Origin: Roseibacillus sp.
Lineage (GTDB): Bacteria; Verrucomicrobiota; Verrucomicrobiia; Verrucomicrobiales; Akkermansiaceae
Direction of reading: 5' to 3'
Assembly (NCBI GenBank): GCA_965242925.1
Contig: CBDEUM010000031.1
Location: forward strand, 1 to 64,000
DNA: 64,000 nt
Part shown: one piece after another, positions 23,295 to 34,160 of the stretch
How positions within the stretch are numbered: the stretch's first letter is position 1
How the letters are laid out: the number at the start of each line of letters is the position of its first letter
Translations under genes and position numbers: made by a program
The notes under the pieces: generated by a model
Databases searched by the model: none
What the model saw: the letters and a program-made list of their open reading frames with translations, nothing else
Told to the model about the DNA's origin: nothing

Positions 23295-23822
23295 TCAATC
23301 ACCACCCTCGGTGTGCCTGGCGAGAAGCCAGAGGAGATCCGAGAGGCGGTTGAGGAACACGGGGATGGCGTCGTTCGAAACTTCCTCTCCCAGCGCCAAC
23401 ACCCGGCGTTCCGCCCGCCGGCACACCGTCCGGGCAAAATCGAGTTGGGCACCAGTCCGGTTGCCTTTGGCACCGGGGCGAGCCCAGCCTTCGAAACTGA
23501 TTCCCCCGTCCTCAAGGTCCCTTGCCAGGCTCTCCACCATGGCCACTTCGTCCGCCCCGATGGAGGGATGTCCGGATTCCCCGTAACATGCGGCATCCTC
23601 AGGAAGAACCGCCAGTTCTCCCATCAGTCCAACCAGATGCCCCTGCAGCCGATCGATGGAATCTCCGAGGTCTGCCACGATATCGATTCGCGCCAACCCG
23701 AGGACGGAGTTGAGTTCGTCCAGCGAACCAATGGCCTCCACACGCGCCTCCGTCTTGGCGATGCGCTTTCCAAACATCAGGTCTGTGGAACCGTCATCGC
23801 CACGTCTGGTCGTGATGCTCAT
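23295..23822 (-). CDS. PduO-type ATP:cob(I)alamin adenosyltransferase
   Basis: ITTRRGDDGST, GSLDELNS, ARTVCRRAER, FLNRLSDLLW. Confidence 0.9.
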   Translation of the reverse strand: MSITTRRGDDGSTDLMFGKRIAKTEARVEAIGSLDELNSVLGLARIDIVADLGDSIDRLQGHLVGLMGELAVLPEDAACYGESGHPSIGADEVAMVESLARDLEDGGISFEGWARPGAKGNRTGAQLDFARTVCRRAERRVLALGEEVSNDAIPVFLNRLSDLLWLLARHTEGGD

Positions 23823-24013
23823 GGAGGAGATATATCCCAGTTTCGGGACAGCTCCCACCCGCAACTTCCACATAAATTCCGGGCCGGACCGGGGGCCGGG
23901 GCTTCCCGCTCACCGCCTCTTGCCTTTTTTCGTATCTGAGCAGCAGGGGGCCAGATAAGATGATCGAAACTTGGAGCTTTTCCGGGAAGAGTGTCCTGAT
24001 CTATTTTCCCATC

Positions 24014-24925
24014 ATGACTTCCAGACGCCTCTTTCTCAAGCAGAGTGCCGCCGCTGGCGGGCTGACCCTCGCTCCCACGCTGGCCGGTGCCGATCACCAC
24101 AAGAAGGGCAAGCCCCTTTTCGAAATCTCCCTCGCCGAATGGTCGCTGCATAAGACGCTCTTCGGCAAGAAGATGACCAACCTCGACTTTCCCAGGGTTT
24201 CCAAGGAGAAATTCGGCATCACGGCGGTGGAGTACGTGAACCAGTTCTTCAAGGACAAGGCAAAGGACAAGGCCTACCTTGGTGAACTCAGGAAACGATG
24301 CGACGACCTCGGAGTGAAAAGCCTGCTCATCATGATCGACGGGGAAGGCCACCTGGGAGAAGCAGAGGAGGCCAAGCGGCAGAAGGTCATCGACAATCAC
24401 AGGAAGTGGGTGGAAGCGGCCAGGTTCCTGGGATGCCATTCCATCCGCGTGAACGCCCACGGGGTGGGCAAGTCCGACGAGGAAAAAGCCGCCAACACCA
24501 CCAAGGGGCTACGGGGGCTCTCCGAGTTCGGCAAGGAGCACGGAATCAATGTCATTGTGGAAAACCACGGGGGACTCTCCTCCAATGGAAAGTGGCTCTC
24601 CCGGGTGCTCAAGGACGTGGGTCTGCCCAACTGCGGTTCACTGCCGGATTTCGGGAACTTCGGGAACTACGACCGCTACCTCGGGATCAAGGAGCTCATG
24701 CCCTTCGCCAAGGGGGTGAGCGCCAAGAGCCACGACTTCGACGCCCAGGGAAACGAGAGCAGGACCGACTACGTGAAAGCTCTCAAGCTTGTCCTCGACG
24801 CGGGCTACCGCGGTTTCGTCGGCATTGAGTACGAAGGCCGCAGACTCGACGAGGAGGCTGGCATCCTGGCCACCAAGAAACTCCTCCTCAAAGCGCGCGA
24901 CCAGCTCGCCGGGCACTACAGGTAA
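24014..24925 (+). CDS. Tat-exported sugar phosphate isomerase/epimerase (xylose isomerase-like TIM barrel)
   Basis: SRRLFLK Tat motif; ISLAEWS, VENHGG, PDFGNF, GIEYEG. Confidence 0.88.
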   Translation: MTSRRLFLKQSAAAGGLTLAPTLAGADHHKKGKPLFEISLAEWSLHKTLFGKKMTNLDFPRVSKEKFGITAVEYVNQFFKDKAKDKAYLGELRKRCDDLGVKSLLIMIDGEGHLGEAEEAKRQKVIDNHRKWVEAARFLGCHSIRVNAHGVGKSDEEKAANTTKGLRGLSEFGKEHGINVIVENHGGLSSNGKWLSRVLKDVGLPNCGSLPDFGNFGNYDRYLGIKELMPFAKGVSAKSHDFDAQGNESRTDYVKALKLVLDAGYRGFVGIEYEGRRLDEEAGILATKKLLLKARDQLAGHYR

Positions 24926-25069
24926 GCAGACGGATAGACGTTCCCCAGGCCACGCATTCCTTCCTGGCCAGCATCTCCTCCCGAATCTGAACAGGAATCC
25001 GCATTCTTTCCTGCAAATCCACGAAACTTTTCCTCATGGGAGGTGTTGAATCCCATGTAGAGCCCTGCC

Positions 25070-25465
25070 ATGAGCGCCCCTGAACAAGAAAACAACTGGG
25101 AAAACGATCCCGTCTGGGACCTCCTCGACGAGGCCAAGGCACCCGGGGCCGGGCCCCTCTTCGTGCGAAATGTCATGCGGGAAGTGCGCCTCTCAGACGA
25201 AGTCCGCCCCCCTTGGTGGAGGCAGATCCTCACCCCCAGACCCATTCTCGCCAGCTCCCTCGCCGCCTTGACGGTCGCCATTATTATCTGGGTCGATCCG
25301 GAAGAAGCCGGCCAAATCACCGCGGAAGATCCCAGGCTCGAAGAGGCAACGGAACCGCAGGCCCTGCAACTGAACGCTCTTCTCGAAGAGGAGATGCTGT
25401 CTCAGGCCGCCGAGGATCCTACTGCCTTCAGCGACGAGGCGCTGGTGGCATTGCTTTACCATTAG
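25070..25465 (+). CDS. Single-pass membrane hypothetical protein (anti-sigma-like architecture)
   Basis: DPVWDLL..FVRNVMREVR, one TM helix, acidic C-terminus. Confidence 0.65.
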   Translation: MSAPEQENNWENDPVWDLLDEAKAPGAGPLFVRNVMREVRLSDEVRPPWWRQILTPRPILASSLAALTVAIIIWVDPEEAGQITAEDPRLEEATEPQALQLNALLEEEMLSQAAEDPTAFSDEALVALLYH

Positions 25466-25486
25466 GGTCCTGCTAAAGGCCCCCGC

Positions 25487-26149
25487 GTGATCCGCGCTGC
25501 CATCTTCGACCTCGACGGTACCCTGGTCGATTCACTCCCCGGGATCTCAGCTGGTCTCAACCGTGCCCTCGCCACCCACGGACTCCCAGCCCACCCCGCC
25601 GCACGGGTGAAGGGCTTCGTGGGTAATGGCAGCCGCATGCTGGTGCGACGCGGAATCGGCGGGGAACCCACCGACGAACTGGTGGAGCAGGTCCACCACG
25701 ACTTTCTCCCTGCCTATGAGGAGAGCTGGCTGGAAGGCACACACCTTTACCCCGGCATCCGGGAGATGCTGGAGGACCTGCACCGCGAAGGTCTGCCCCT
25801 CGCAGTCTGTTCCAACAAGCCACACCACTACACCGTCGAGATCATGACCCGGATGTTCGACTGGGTCCCCTGGACCATGATCCTGGGCCAGCAGAACACC
25901 CTCCCCTGCAAACCCGATCCCTCCGGGGCCCTTCAAATCGCGGAGCGGATGGAGGTGTCTCCGCCGGAGATCGCCTTTGTCGGGGACTCCCTAGTCGACT
26001 TGGAAACTGGCAGGGCCGCCGGGATGCAAACCGTTCTGGTTGAATGGGGATTCAGTCCCCCTGATACACTCAAAGAGACGACTGCTCTTCTGATGCCGTC
26101 CGTGGCTGCTCTTCGTGCATTCCTTCAAGTGCCTCGTCGAGACGACTGA
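25487..26149 (+). CDS. HAD-family hydrolase (phosphoglycolate phosphatase-like)
   Basis: FDLDGTLVDS, SNK, KPDP, VGDS..D motifs. Confidence 0.9.
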   Translation: MIRAAIFDLDGTLVDSLPGISAGLNRALATHGLPAHPAARVKGFVGNGSRMLVRRGIGGEPTDELVEQVHHDFLPAYEESWLEGTHLYPGIREMLEDLHREGLPLAVCSNKPHHYTVEIMTRMFDWVPWTMILGQQNTLPCKPDPSGALQIAERMEVSPPEIAFVGDSLVDLETGRAAGMQTVLVEWGFSPPDTLKETTALLMPSVAALRAFLQVPRRDD

Positions 26150-26678
26150 AGTAGTCTTCGCGCGTGATCTCCTCCCCGCCGAACTGCCGGAGATGATCCG
26201 TCATCCACTGGGTGTCCAGCAGGAGATAGTCCTCCCTGCGCAACCACTCCACCAGATGGACGAGGGCCACCTTGCTGGCATCGGCCTTATGCGAAAACAT
26301 CGATTCTCCGAAGAAGGCCCTCCCCAGAGACACCCCGTAGAGCCCGCCCTGCAAGCCCTCCTCATCCCAGCACTCCACGGAATGGGCGAAGCCGGTCTCG
26401 TGCAGGTGTACGTAACTCTCGATAATCACCTCATCGATCCAGGTCTCTTCACGCTCTCCGCACGCTTCGATCACCTGACGAAAAGCGGAATCGCGCCTCA
26501 CCTCGAAAGGCTGCCGCTTGAGGACTCGCTTCAGACCGTGGGGAATGTGGAAACGATCATCGAGGGGAATGAGCCCACGCTTGAGGGGTGAGAACCAGAG
26601 GATCTCTCCACCTTCCGCCATGGGAAAGACGCCCTCGGTGTAGGCTCCGAGCAGAACATGAGGGGGGATGCGCTCCAC
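26070..26678 (-). CDS. aat: Leucyl/phenylalanyl-tRNA--protein transferase
   Basis: AYTEGVFPM, AHSVECW, GGLYGV..FFGESMFS..ASKVAL. Confidence 0.93.
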   Translation of the reverse strand: MERIPPHVLLGAYTEGVFPMAEGGEILWFSPLKRGLIPLDDRFHIPHGLKRVLKRQPFEVRRDSAFRQVIEACGEREETWIDEVIIESYVHLHETGFAHSVECWDEEGLQGGLYGVSLGRAFFGESMFSHKADASKVALVHLVEWLRREDYLLLDTQWMTDHLRQFGGEEITREDYFSRLDEALEGMHEEQPRTASEEQSSL

Positions 26679-26727
26679 GACTCTTATTTGGATAGTCCAT
26701 TCCGGAGATTCAATCTACATTCGCGCT

Positions 26728-27228
26728 ATGAAACGCCTCGTCGTCGATCTCTCCCTGTTGCCTGAGGATGGTCACCTCCTCAACGACGAACTGCCAACCT
26801 CCATTTTTGATCTCCCGAATGAGGACGCCAAGCCCCTCGGTCCGCTGTCCTTCCGCCTCCACGCTCAGCGCTTCGGTGACGAACTGCTCCTGCAAGGCTC
26901 CCTCAGTGCCCCCTTCGAATTCCAATGCGTTCGCACCCTTGCCCTCTTCAAGAAGACCATCGAACTCCCCCAGGCCGCCATTTCCATTGAAATAGGGGCT
27001 CAGGGCGAGATCGACGCCACCGACGCCCTGCGGGAGGAGATCCTCCTCCATTTCCCGCCCTATCCGCGCTGCGACCAGGGCGACGAACCTGCTCCCTGTG
27101 AGATCGACCACCGGTATTTAGCGGTGGACAACCCTGCAGGGGATGATGTAGATGTCCCGCCCGCCCAGCAGGGTGACAGCCGATGGGCTGCGCTCGATGC
27201 GCTGGAAAAACCCGACGAGCAACCCTGA
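26728..27228 (+). CDS. yceD: YceD / DUF177 protein
   Basis: CVRTL, LREEILL..P, DSRWAALD; directly upstream of rpmF. Confidence 0.85.
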   Translation: MKRLVVDLSLLPEDGHLLNDELPTSIFDLPNEDAKPLGPLSFRLHAQRFGDELLLQGSLSAPFEFQCVRTLALFKKTIELPQAAISIEIGAQGEIDATDALREEILLHFPPYPRCDQGDEPAPCEIDHRYLAVDNPAGDDVDVPPAQQGDSRWAALDALEKPDEQP

Positions 27229-27243
27229 CCGCCCCATTCCGCC

Positions 27244-27426
27244 ATGGCAGTGCCCAAACGCAGAACATCGAAAATGAAGCAACGCATGCGCCGGGGTGCC
27301 AATCGCTGGCGCAAACCGCTGCTCCAAACCTGCCCCGAATGCGGAAGCCGCGCCCCAGGTCACATCGTGTGCCCTTCCTGTGGGTTCTATCGCGAGCGCC
27401 AGGTTCTCGACGTTGATGTGATGTAA
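27244..27426 (+). CDS. rpmF: 50S ribosomal protein L32 (Zn-ribbon form)
   Basis: MAVPKRRTSK..CPECG..HIVCPSCGFY. Confidence 0.96.
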   Translation: MAVPKRRTSKMKQRMRRGANRWRKPLLQTCPECGSRAPGHIVCPSCGFYRERQVLDVDVM

Positions 27427-27496
27427 TGTTCTTGAGCGGCAGCTCCGCCATCCTCCCGCCTTGTTCCGGGTCAGGCTGTGCGTACCGGTTCTCAGC

Positions 27497-28513
27497 ATGA
27501 AAATTGCCCTCGACGCCATGGGCGGGGACCGGGGCCCCGAGGTCAACATCGTGGGTGCACGCGACGCCCTGTCACAGTATCCCCGGATCGACACCCTTTT
27601 CCTGACCGGCGATGCCGATACCCTGAAGAAGGGGTGTCGCCAGCACGGCCTGACCGATTCACGGATGGAGATCGTACATGCTCCCGAGGTGGTCGGGATG
27701 TCGGAGTCCGCCGTGAATGCCATCAGGCACAAGAAGCAATCGTCCATCGCAGTTGCCACCGACCTCGTCAAGGACGGCCATGCCGACGCGGTCATCAGCG
27801 CGGGAAACACTGGTGCGGCAGTGGCCGCTTCCACCCTCAAGCTGCGCCTTCTGGAAGGGGTGGAACGCGCCGGTATCGCCTCACCCTTCCCCAATGAGTT
27901 CGGCTCCTGCAGCCTCCTCGATGCCGGGGCCAATCCGGGTGCGAAGCCCAGACACCTTCTCGGTTACGCCATCATGGGCAGCGTCTACGCCCGGCATGTC
28001 CTGCGGGTTGAGAACCCAACGGTGGGAATCATGTCCAATGGCGAAGAGGCTGAGAAGGGCAACGACTTTACCAAAGAAACCTTCTCCCTCATTACGGACT
28101 ACGTGGATTCCGGCAAGGCCTCCTTCGAATGGCTCGGCAATGTGGAGGGTTACGATCTCTTCATGAGCAAGCTCGATGTCTGCCTCTGCGACGGATTCGT
28201 CGGCAACGTGGTCCTCAAGGCGTGTGGAGCTACCGCCAAAGCCATGACAAAGTGGATCAAGGAAGCCATGCAGGCCAACCCCCTGCGCATGACGGGTGCC
28301 CTGATGGCAAAGGGGGGCTTCACTGCGGTGAAGGACCGCATGAACTACGAAACTTACGGCGGGAGCCCCCTTCTCGGGGTCAAGGGAGTCTGCATCATTG
28401 CCCACGGATCCTCCTCTGCCCTGGCCATCCAGAACGCTATCCGGGTTGCCACCGAGGCCATCGAGCACAATGTCAATCCGCACATCGTGGAGGCCATGAA
28501 GACCATCGCTTGA
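27497..28513 (+). CDS. plsX: Phosphate acyltransferase PlsX
   Basis: MKIALDAMGGD, SAGNTGA, LDAGAN, CDGFVGNVVLK, AHGSS. Confidence 0.96.
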   Translation: MKIALDAMGGDRGPEVNIVGARDALSQYPRIDTLFLTGDADTLKKGCRQHGLTDSRMEIVHAPEVVGMSESAVNAIRHKKQSSIAVATDLVKDGHADAVISAGNTGAAVAASTLKLRLLEGVERAGIASPFPNEFGSCSLLDAGANPGAKPRHLLGYAIMGSVYARHVLRVENPTVGIMSNGEEAEKGNDFTKETFSLITDYVDSGKASFEWLGNVEGYDLFMSKLDVCLCDGFVGNVVLKACGATAKAMTKWIKEAMQANPLRMTGALMAKGGFTAVKDRMNYETYGGSPLLGVKGVCIIAHGSSSALAIQNAIRVATEAIEHNVNPHIVEAMKTIA

Positions 28514-28607
28514 CGGCATTCAGCAGCCGGGGATCGATCCGGGTTCCCGGCAGATTTCAACAAGCCGGACTTGCCCACGTGCAAAAGCTGGCGTTCACTC
28601 CTCTCAA

Positions 28608-29609
28608 ATGAGCGGCTTGGCCTCGCAGCTGCCCGTAGCGATCGTGGGCACAGGGAGTTACCTCCCCGAAAAAGTACTGACCAATTCCGACCTGGAAATC
28701 ATGGTCGAAACCTCCGACGAGTGGATCACCACCCGCACGGGAATCAAGGAACGGCGCATCGCGGCCGAGGACGAGTTCACCTCCCACATGGCGGTCAAGG
28801 CCTCCCGGAAGGCCATCGAGCAGGCGAAAATCGATGCCTCCGAGATCCAACTCATCATCGTGGCAACCATCACTCCCAACACCCTCACCCCTGCCACGGC
28901 CTGCTATGTGCAGCAGGATCTCGGAGCGCATAAAGCGGTCGCCTTTGACATCTCGGCAGCGTGTTCGGGATTCCTCTATGCGTTGAAGCTCGCCAAACGC
29001 CTCATCTCCGATGGCGCCTTTGAGAACGCCCTCATTCTCGGTGCCGAAAAACTCTCCGCCTTCGTGAATTGGGAGGACCGCTCGACCTGTGTCCTCTTCG
29101 GGGATGGCGCTGGTGCTGCCCTGCTCAAGCGGGCGGAAAAGGGAGAAGGCGAGATTCTGGCCACCGACATCGGCACCGACGGCTCACAAACCCACCTCCT
29201 CAACATTCCCGGAGGCGGCTCCGCCTGTCCCATCACCATCGAGAATGCCGACCGGCGCCTCGCCACCCTCGCCATGATCGGCCAGGATGTCTTCAAGCAC
29301 GCCGTCACCCGCATGCGGGATTCCGCCAATTCGGTCATCGAACGCTCCGGGCTCCAGCCAGACGACATCAAGCTCCTCATTCCCCACCAGGCCAACCTCC
29401 GCATCATCGAGGCCATTACCAAGCGCATCGATATTCCCGAGGAACGGGTCTTCGTGAACCTCCACAAATACGGCAACACCTCTGCCGCGGCCTGCGCCAT
29501 CGCGCTGGACGAGGCTCACCGGGCCGGCAGGTTCGGCCCGGGTGACCATATCGTTCTCGTGGCCTTCGGAGCCGGCCTGACCTGGGCCGCGGCCGCCGTT
29601 CGCTGGTAG
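28608..29609 (+). CDS. fabH: 3-oxoacyl-ACP synthase III
   Basis: WITTRTGIKERR, AACSGF, PHQANLRII, YGNTSAA, FGAGLTW. Confidence 0.96.
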   Translation: MSGLASQLPVAIVGTGSYLPEKVLTNSDLEIMVETSDEWITTRTGIKERRIAAEDEFTSHMAVKASRKAIEQAKIDASEIQLIIVATITPNTLTPATACYVQQDLGAHKAVAFDISAACSGFLYALKLAKRLISDGAFENALILGAEKLSAFVNWEDRSTCVLFGDGAGAALLKRAEKGEGEILATDIGTDGSQTHLLNIPGGGSACPITIENADRRLATLAMIGQDVFKHAVTRMRDSANSVIERSGLQPDDIKLLIPHQANLRIIEAITKRIDIPEERVFVNLHKYGNTSAAACAIALDEAHRAGRFGPGDHIVLVAFGAGLTWAAAAVRW

Positions 29610-29713
29610 GCGGACCTCAGGCTGCATGAATTCGGCCATCCTCTTAATTCCGGTTGCACCCGAACTCGGAGTCCGGTGAACTGGATCTCACCCGCTACAA
29701 CTCCCGCCACTTT

Positions 29714-31600
29714 ATGACCAAATACCGTAGTTCACCGGATTCGAATATCAAAGGAATGCCCCCGGGCATTCCTTTCATCGTGGGCAACGAAGCCGCGGAA
29801 CGCTTCAGCTTCTACGGCATGAAGACGATCCTGGCGGTCTTCATGACCAAGTATCTCTGGCTCATGAACGACACGCCCGGACAAGCGATGAGCGACGCCG
29901 CCGCCGCGGAGAAGGTCCACCTTTTCACCTCTGCGGTCTACTTCACGCCTCTCCTTGGTGCATTCATCGCCGACGCCTTCTTCGGGAAGTACAAGACCAT
30001 CATTTCCCTTTCCATCGTCTATTGCCTCGGTCACCTCGCCCTCGCGCTGATGGGAATCAGCGGTGAGGCCGCCATGTGGCTGGTGGCGGGGCTGGTGCTC
30101 ATCTCGCTGGGGGCCGGCGGCGTCAAGCCCTGTGTCTCCGCGCATGTCGGCGACCAGTTCGGCGCCTCCAACAGCCATCTCCTCTCGCGGGTCTTCAACT
30201 ACTTCTACTGGTCGATCAACCTCGGGGCCTTTCTCTCGACCCTCATGACGCCGTGGCTCCTCGAATGGTATGGGCCCCATATCGCCTTCGGCGTTCCCGG
30301 GGTCTTGATGGCCCTCGCCACCGTGATCTTTTGGATGGGTCGACGCCGCTTCATTCACGTTCCCCCGAGCGGCAAGCGGTTTCTGAAGGACACCTTCAGC
30401 CCGAACGGCCTCAAGACCATGGGCACGCTCTCAATCCTCTTTCTCTTCGTGGCGATGTTCTGGGCTCTCTTCGACCAGACCGCCTCCCGCTGGATCTTCC
30501 AAGCCCGCGAGATGGACCGCACCTTCCTCGGGGTGGAGTGGTTGGAATCGCAGATCCAGGCCGTCAATCCAATCCTCATCCTCACCTTCATCCCGCTCTT
30601 CACCTTCGTCCTCTACCCGAAGATCTCCAAGGTGATCAAACTCACTCCGCTGCGGAAAATCGGCGCCGGCCTCTTCCTCATGGCTGGCGCCTTCGCACTG
30701 AGTTCCACCATCCAGAGTTGGATCGATGCCGGGCAGCGCCCCAACATTGCCTGGCAGGTCCTCGCTTATGTTCTCCTGACCGCTGCCGAGATTCTCGTCT
30801 CCATTGTGGCCCTCGAATTCGCCTACACCCAGGCGCCCCGCACCATGAAATCGATGATCATGGGGCTCTTTCTCCTCGCGGTTTCACTTGGCAACATCTT
30901 CACCGCCGCGGTCAATCACTACATCCAGATCCCTTCCCCGGTCGCCTCCGTGCAGGAAAAGCTCCAGGCCGCAGTCGAGGAAGAGCGCAAGGCCACCGCA
31001 ACTGAAACGCACGCGGGATTTGATGACCAGTTGGGGACCGATGACGATCTCGTGATGTCCCTCAATTTCGGAGAGCAAATCAAAGTGGCCATCCCCAGCA
31101 AGGCTCCGCTCCAGGCCGCCGCCGTCAGGATTGAAGCCTGGGCCGATGCCCACGAATCCCGCCTCCCGCGCCCGGAGGTCGGGACCGAGGAACTTGAGGC
31201 CATCACCGATCAGTGGGGCAATCCTCTCCGCTACTTTCTTGAAAACAGCCGCACCTGCCGGATCACAAGTGATGGGCCGGACGAAATATCGCAGACCGAG
31301 TGGGATCTTGGAGTCCGGGTGAACCTCAAGCCGAAGGACGAAGAGAAAAGGAAATCGTGGACCGAAGCCCTGCGTCCCGACCGACCATGGCTTGAACGCC
31401 GCAAGGAAGAGGTTGGCTACCAGGACGAGAACGGCGAGGAGGAGCCCGGCGAATTCACCCGGACGTTCTTTGCCGGCGGCGGAGAACGCCTCGAGGGTGC
31501 CTCCTATTACTGGTTCTTCACCATCCTGATGTTCATTACTGCCCTCATCTTCATTCCCTATGCCTGCCTCTACCGCGGAGAAACCATCCTCCAGGAATAA
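29714..31600 (+). CDS. POT/PTR family proton-coupled oligopeptide transporter with large soluble insertion
   Basis: [10 protein letters not shown] (ExxERFxYY), [29 protein letters not shown]; ~185-aa hydrophilic insert before the last TM. Confidence 0.9.
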   Translation: MTKYRSSPDSNIKGMPPGIPFIVGNEAAERFSFYGMKTILAVFMTKYLWLMNDTPGQAMSDAAAAEKVHLFTSAVYFTPLLGAFIADAFFGKYKTIISLSIVYCLGHLALALMGISGEAAMWLVAGLVLISLGAGGVKPCVSAHVGDQFGASNSHLLSRVFNYFYWSINLGAFLSTLMTPWLLEWYGPHIAFGVPGVLMALATVIFWMGRRRFIHVPPSGKRFLKDTFSPNGLKTMGTLSILFLFVAMFWALFDQTASRWIFQAREMDRTFLGVEWLESQIQAVNPILILTFIPLFTFVLYPKISKVIKLTPLRKIGAGLFLMAGAFALSSTIQSWIDAGQRPNIAWQVLAYVLLTAAEILVSIVALEFAYTQAPRTMKSMIMGLFLLAVSLGNIFTAAVNHYIQIPSPVASVQEKLQAAVEEERKATATETHAGFDDQLGTDDDLVMSLNFGEQIKVAIPSKAPLQAAAVRIEAWADAHESRLPRPEVGTEELEAITDQWGNPLRYFLENSRTCRITSDGPDEISQTEWDLGVRVNLKPKDEEKRKSWTEALRPDRPWLERRKEEVGYQDENGEEEPGEFTRTFFAGGGERLEGASYYWFFTILMFITALIFIPYACLYRGETILQE

Positions 31601-31628
31601 TTCCGGAGCCGTCGACCCTCCGCCTCCG

Positions 31629-32435
31629 ATGCTCACCGACAGCCACTGCCATCTGGCTTCCCACAAATTCTCCGCCGAGGACCTTCCGGCCCTCCTCCAG
31701 CGGGCACGGGAAGCCGGAGTGAGGCAGGTGATCACCCTGGCCACCAACCTCGGAGACATCCCCCGGAACCTGACCCTCGCGGAACGCTTCCCGGAGGTCT
31801 TCGCCTGCGTGGGAATCCACCCCTGTGATGTCCAGGACACGCCGGATGATTATCTCCCTGCCCTCCGCAACTTCGCTGGCCACCCGATGGTCGCCGCCAT
31901 CGGCGAAACCGGCCTCGATTACTATCATCCCGCCCCGCCGGGATGGACCGAGGAGGACTATCACCAACGACAGCGCGACTTCCTGCAGCAGCATTTCGAA
32001 CTGGCTGGCGAACTCAAACTGAACATCGTAATCCACACCCGCGACCGGAAGGGCGACGCCTCCTTTACTGATGCCCTCGCTCTCTACCAGCCGTTCGCGT
32101 CGAGACTAAAGGCCGTCTTTCACTGCTTCCCCGGTCCCTTCCCCCAGGCCGACCGCGTCCTGAAACTGGGGGGTCTGGTCTCCTTCACCGGCATCGCCAC
32201 CTTCAAGAACGCCGCCGAGGTTCTCGATGCCGCCCGCCAGACTCCCGTCGGCCGGCTCATGGTAGAGACCGATTCTCCCTACCTCGCACCCGTCCCACAT
32301 CGTGGTCAGCGCTGCGAACCGGCCCATGTTCTCCACACCGCCCAATGCATCTCGGAGGCCCGCTCTGAGTCGCTCGAGGAGTTCTCTGCCCACACGGAAA
32401 ATACGGTGCGACGCTTTTTCAGGATGGAAAAATGA
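31629..32435 (+). CDS. tatD: TatD-family hydrolase
   Basis: DSHCHL, GIHP, IGETGLDY, HTR, FHCF, ETDSPYLAP. Confidence 0.92.
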   Translation: MLTDSHCHLASHKFSAEDLPALLQRAREAGVRQVITLATNLGDIPRNLTLAERFPEVFACVGIHPCDVQDTPDDYLPALRNFAGHPMVAAIGETGLDYYHPAPPGWTEEDYHQRQRDFLQQHFELAGELKLNIVIHTRDRKGDASFTDALALYQPFASRLKAVFHCFPGPFPQADRVLKLGGLVSFTGIATFKNAAEVLDAARQTPVGRLMVETDSPYLAPVPHRGQRCEPAHVLHTAQCISEARSESLEEFSAHTENTVRRFFRMEK

Positions 32436-32526
32436 ACAAAGCAGGCCCCCGGAACCGTTTTATATGCTAGAAAAACTGCAAAAAAGTATTTCGTTTCTCT
32501 TAACTAATAGCGTAATCTCTCTACCC

Positions 32527-32985
32527 ATGAAGACGACACACTACTCTGCCATCGGATTGTCTATCGCACTCGCCTCCTGCACAGCGTTTGATCGCGACTA
32601 CGCCGAATACAAGAAGCTGAAGGAGGCGCAGACCGCCGGGCAATCGCCATACGGACAGGTAAACGATTTCGGAGTCCCCGGTTTTGGCTCCGAAGGTGCT
32701 CCCTATCAACCATTACCCACCGTCCACAACGCCCCACCGGCACCCGATCCCATTCCGCCCTTGCCGGGCGCCACTCCCGGCCCGGTTCCCTCCCCGGGTG
32801 TCCCCCCCGGTCCCAGCCCCACCCCGGCCGGGAATACCGTTCCGCATACCGTGGCAAAGGGTGATTCCCTGTGGGGACTGGCCAAACGTTATGGGACATC
32901 CATCGAGGCCATTCAGGCTGCCAATGGCCTCGCCGGGACAGACATCCAGGCGGGCCGGACCCTGCAGATCCCGAGCAACAATTGA
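32527..32985 (+). CDS. LysM-domain lipoprotein with Pro-rich linker
   Basis: Lipobox LASC; HTVAKGDSLWGLAKRYGTSIEAIQAAN..IQAGRTLQIP. Confidence 0.88.
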   Translation: MKTTHYSAIGLSIALASCTAFDRDYAEYKKLKEAQTAGQSPYGQVNDFGVPGFGSEGAPYQPLPTVHNAPPAPDPIPPLPGATPGPVPSPGVPPGPSPTPAGNTVPHTVAKGDSLWGLAKRYGTSIEAIQAANGLAGTDIQAGRTLQIPSNN

Positions 32986-33950
32986 CTCGCGCTTCCGCCA
33001 CTCGCCTCCTTGCAACCGGGCTCGCCCTCATGACGAGCCTGCTGCCCCTGTCTGGATCAGCCCAGGATTCTACTCCCGGGAAAGATGCAGAGAAAATTAT
33101 TCAGGCCCTTTTCGAATGTGACGACGAGAAAGCACTGAAGGAAGCCATCACCTCTGCCCAAGAGGCCGGAACCCCCCGACAGGCCATCCTGGAAGCTCGC
33201 TTCCTTTTTCTGGTTGATCAGGGGGACTTTGCCGCGGTGGCAGCCCTCGGCCCGGTCCTCAAGGAACAGAAGGCCTCCTTTCGCATCGACGATTCCGTCA
33301 TCTTCAGCGTGCAGGAGGAATTCTTCTCCATCATTGAATACTGCTCCGCCCTTGGCGCCCTTGAGAAGGGAGATCTCACACGCTTCAAACACCATATCAC
33401 GGAAGCCTTCTGGCTCAGCCCCCGTCAAGCCACCGCCTTTGCACCCCATATCGACCGCCTGCGTCGTGATCAGTCCCTTACTGGCATCAAGATCGACTTC
33501 GCTCGAAGATTCACCAGACAAAGGGACGGCAAAGAGGTCTCCCTCCAGGCCCTCGCAAAGCAATCCGATCACCTCGTCATTCATTTCTGGTCTCCCTGGA
33601 ACAATGAGTCGGAAGCTCATCTGCCCGACTTCCTCGCCATGGTGAAAGAGCTGAACACCCACAAGATTCCGGTCGCCTCCATCCTCATTGAGCCTGGAAA
33701 CGAAGCCCTGACCGAGGCCAACAAGTTCTGCGCGGCTCTCCCGTCGGGAGAGATCGGGGACTGGATTGTGGATAACTCACAGGCATCCCTTGCGCGAAAG
33801 CTCCGTGTCCTGGAGCTTCCTACCATTACTGTTCTCAAGGGTGATGGCTCTGTTCTCTTCAGCGGCCACCCCTCTGAGAAACAACTCTGGTCCACCCTGC
33901 AGGAGGTTGACCCGAAGCTCAAACGCCCTCGGGTGGTAGCCGAGCCCTGA
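32982..33950 (+). CDS. Exported thioredoxin-like (TlpA-like, CxxC-less) protein
   Basis: TTG start overlaps upstream TGA; HFWSPWNNES in place of FWAxWCxxC; LPT cis-Pro-type motif. Confidence 0.7.
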   Translation: MTRASATRLLATGLALMTSLLPLSGSAQDSTPGKDAEKIIQALFECDDEKALKEAITSAQEAGTPRQAILEARFLFLVDQGDFAAVAALGPVLKEQKASFRIDDSVIFSVQEEFFSIIEYCSALGALEKGDLTRFKHHITEAFWLSPRQATAFAPHIDRLRRDQSLTGIKIDFARRFTRQRDGKEVSLQALAKQSDHLVIHFWSPWNNESEAHLPDFLAMVKELNTHKIPVASILIEPGNEALTEANKFCAALPSGEIGDWIVDNSQASLARKLRVLELPTITVLKGDGSVLFSGHPSEKQLWSTLQEVDPKLKRPRVVAEP

Positions 33951-34160
33951 CTTTTATCACCCGGTGCCGTCATCACGCACCGCCATGCCTCAACCATTCT
34001 CCTCCGCTTTGAAGCCGTTCAGGAATTGCCGTCGCTGAAACAATTCTGTTAGAACTCTTGGCTGATTTACAGGCAAAACAAGACTGCTATCTAATAGAAT
34101 ATAACCTTGTGTGACCCACATGTCTCCCGTTTAGATATGTTTGACGACCAATCGTAGAAC

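Noticed and set aside
31629..32435. TatD as the missing eboB
   Set aside because: It has ordinary TatD/YcfH motifs and lies ~7 kb from the ebo-like genes on the opposite strand.
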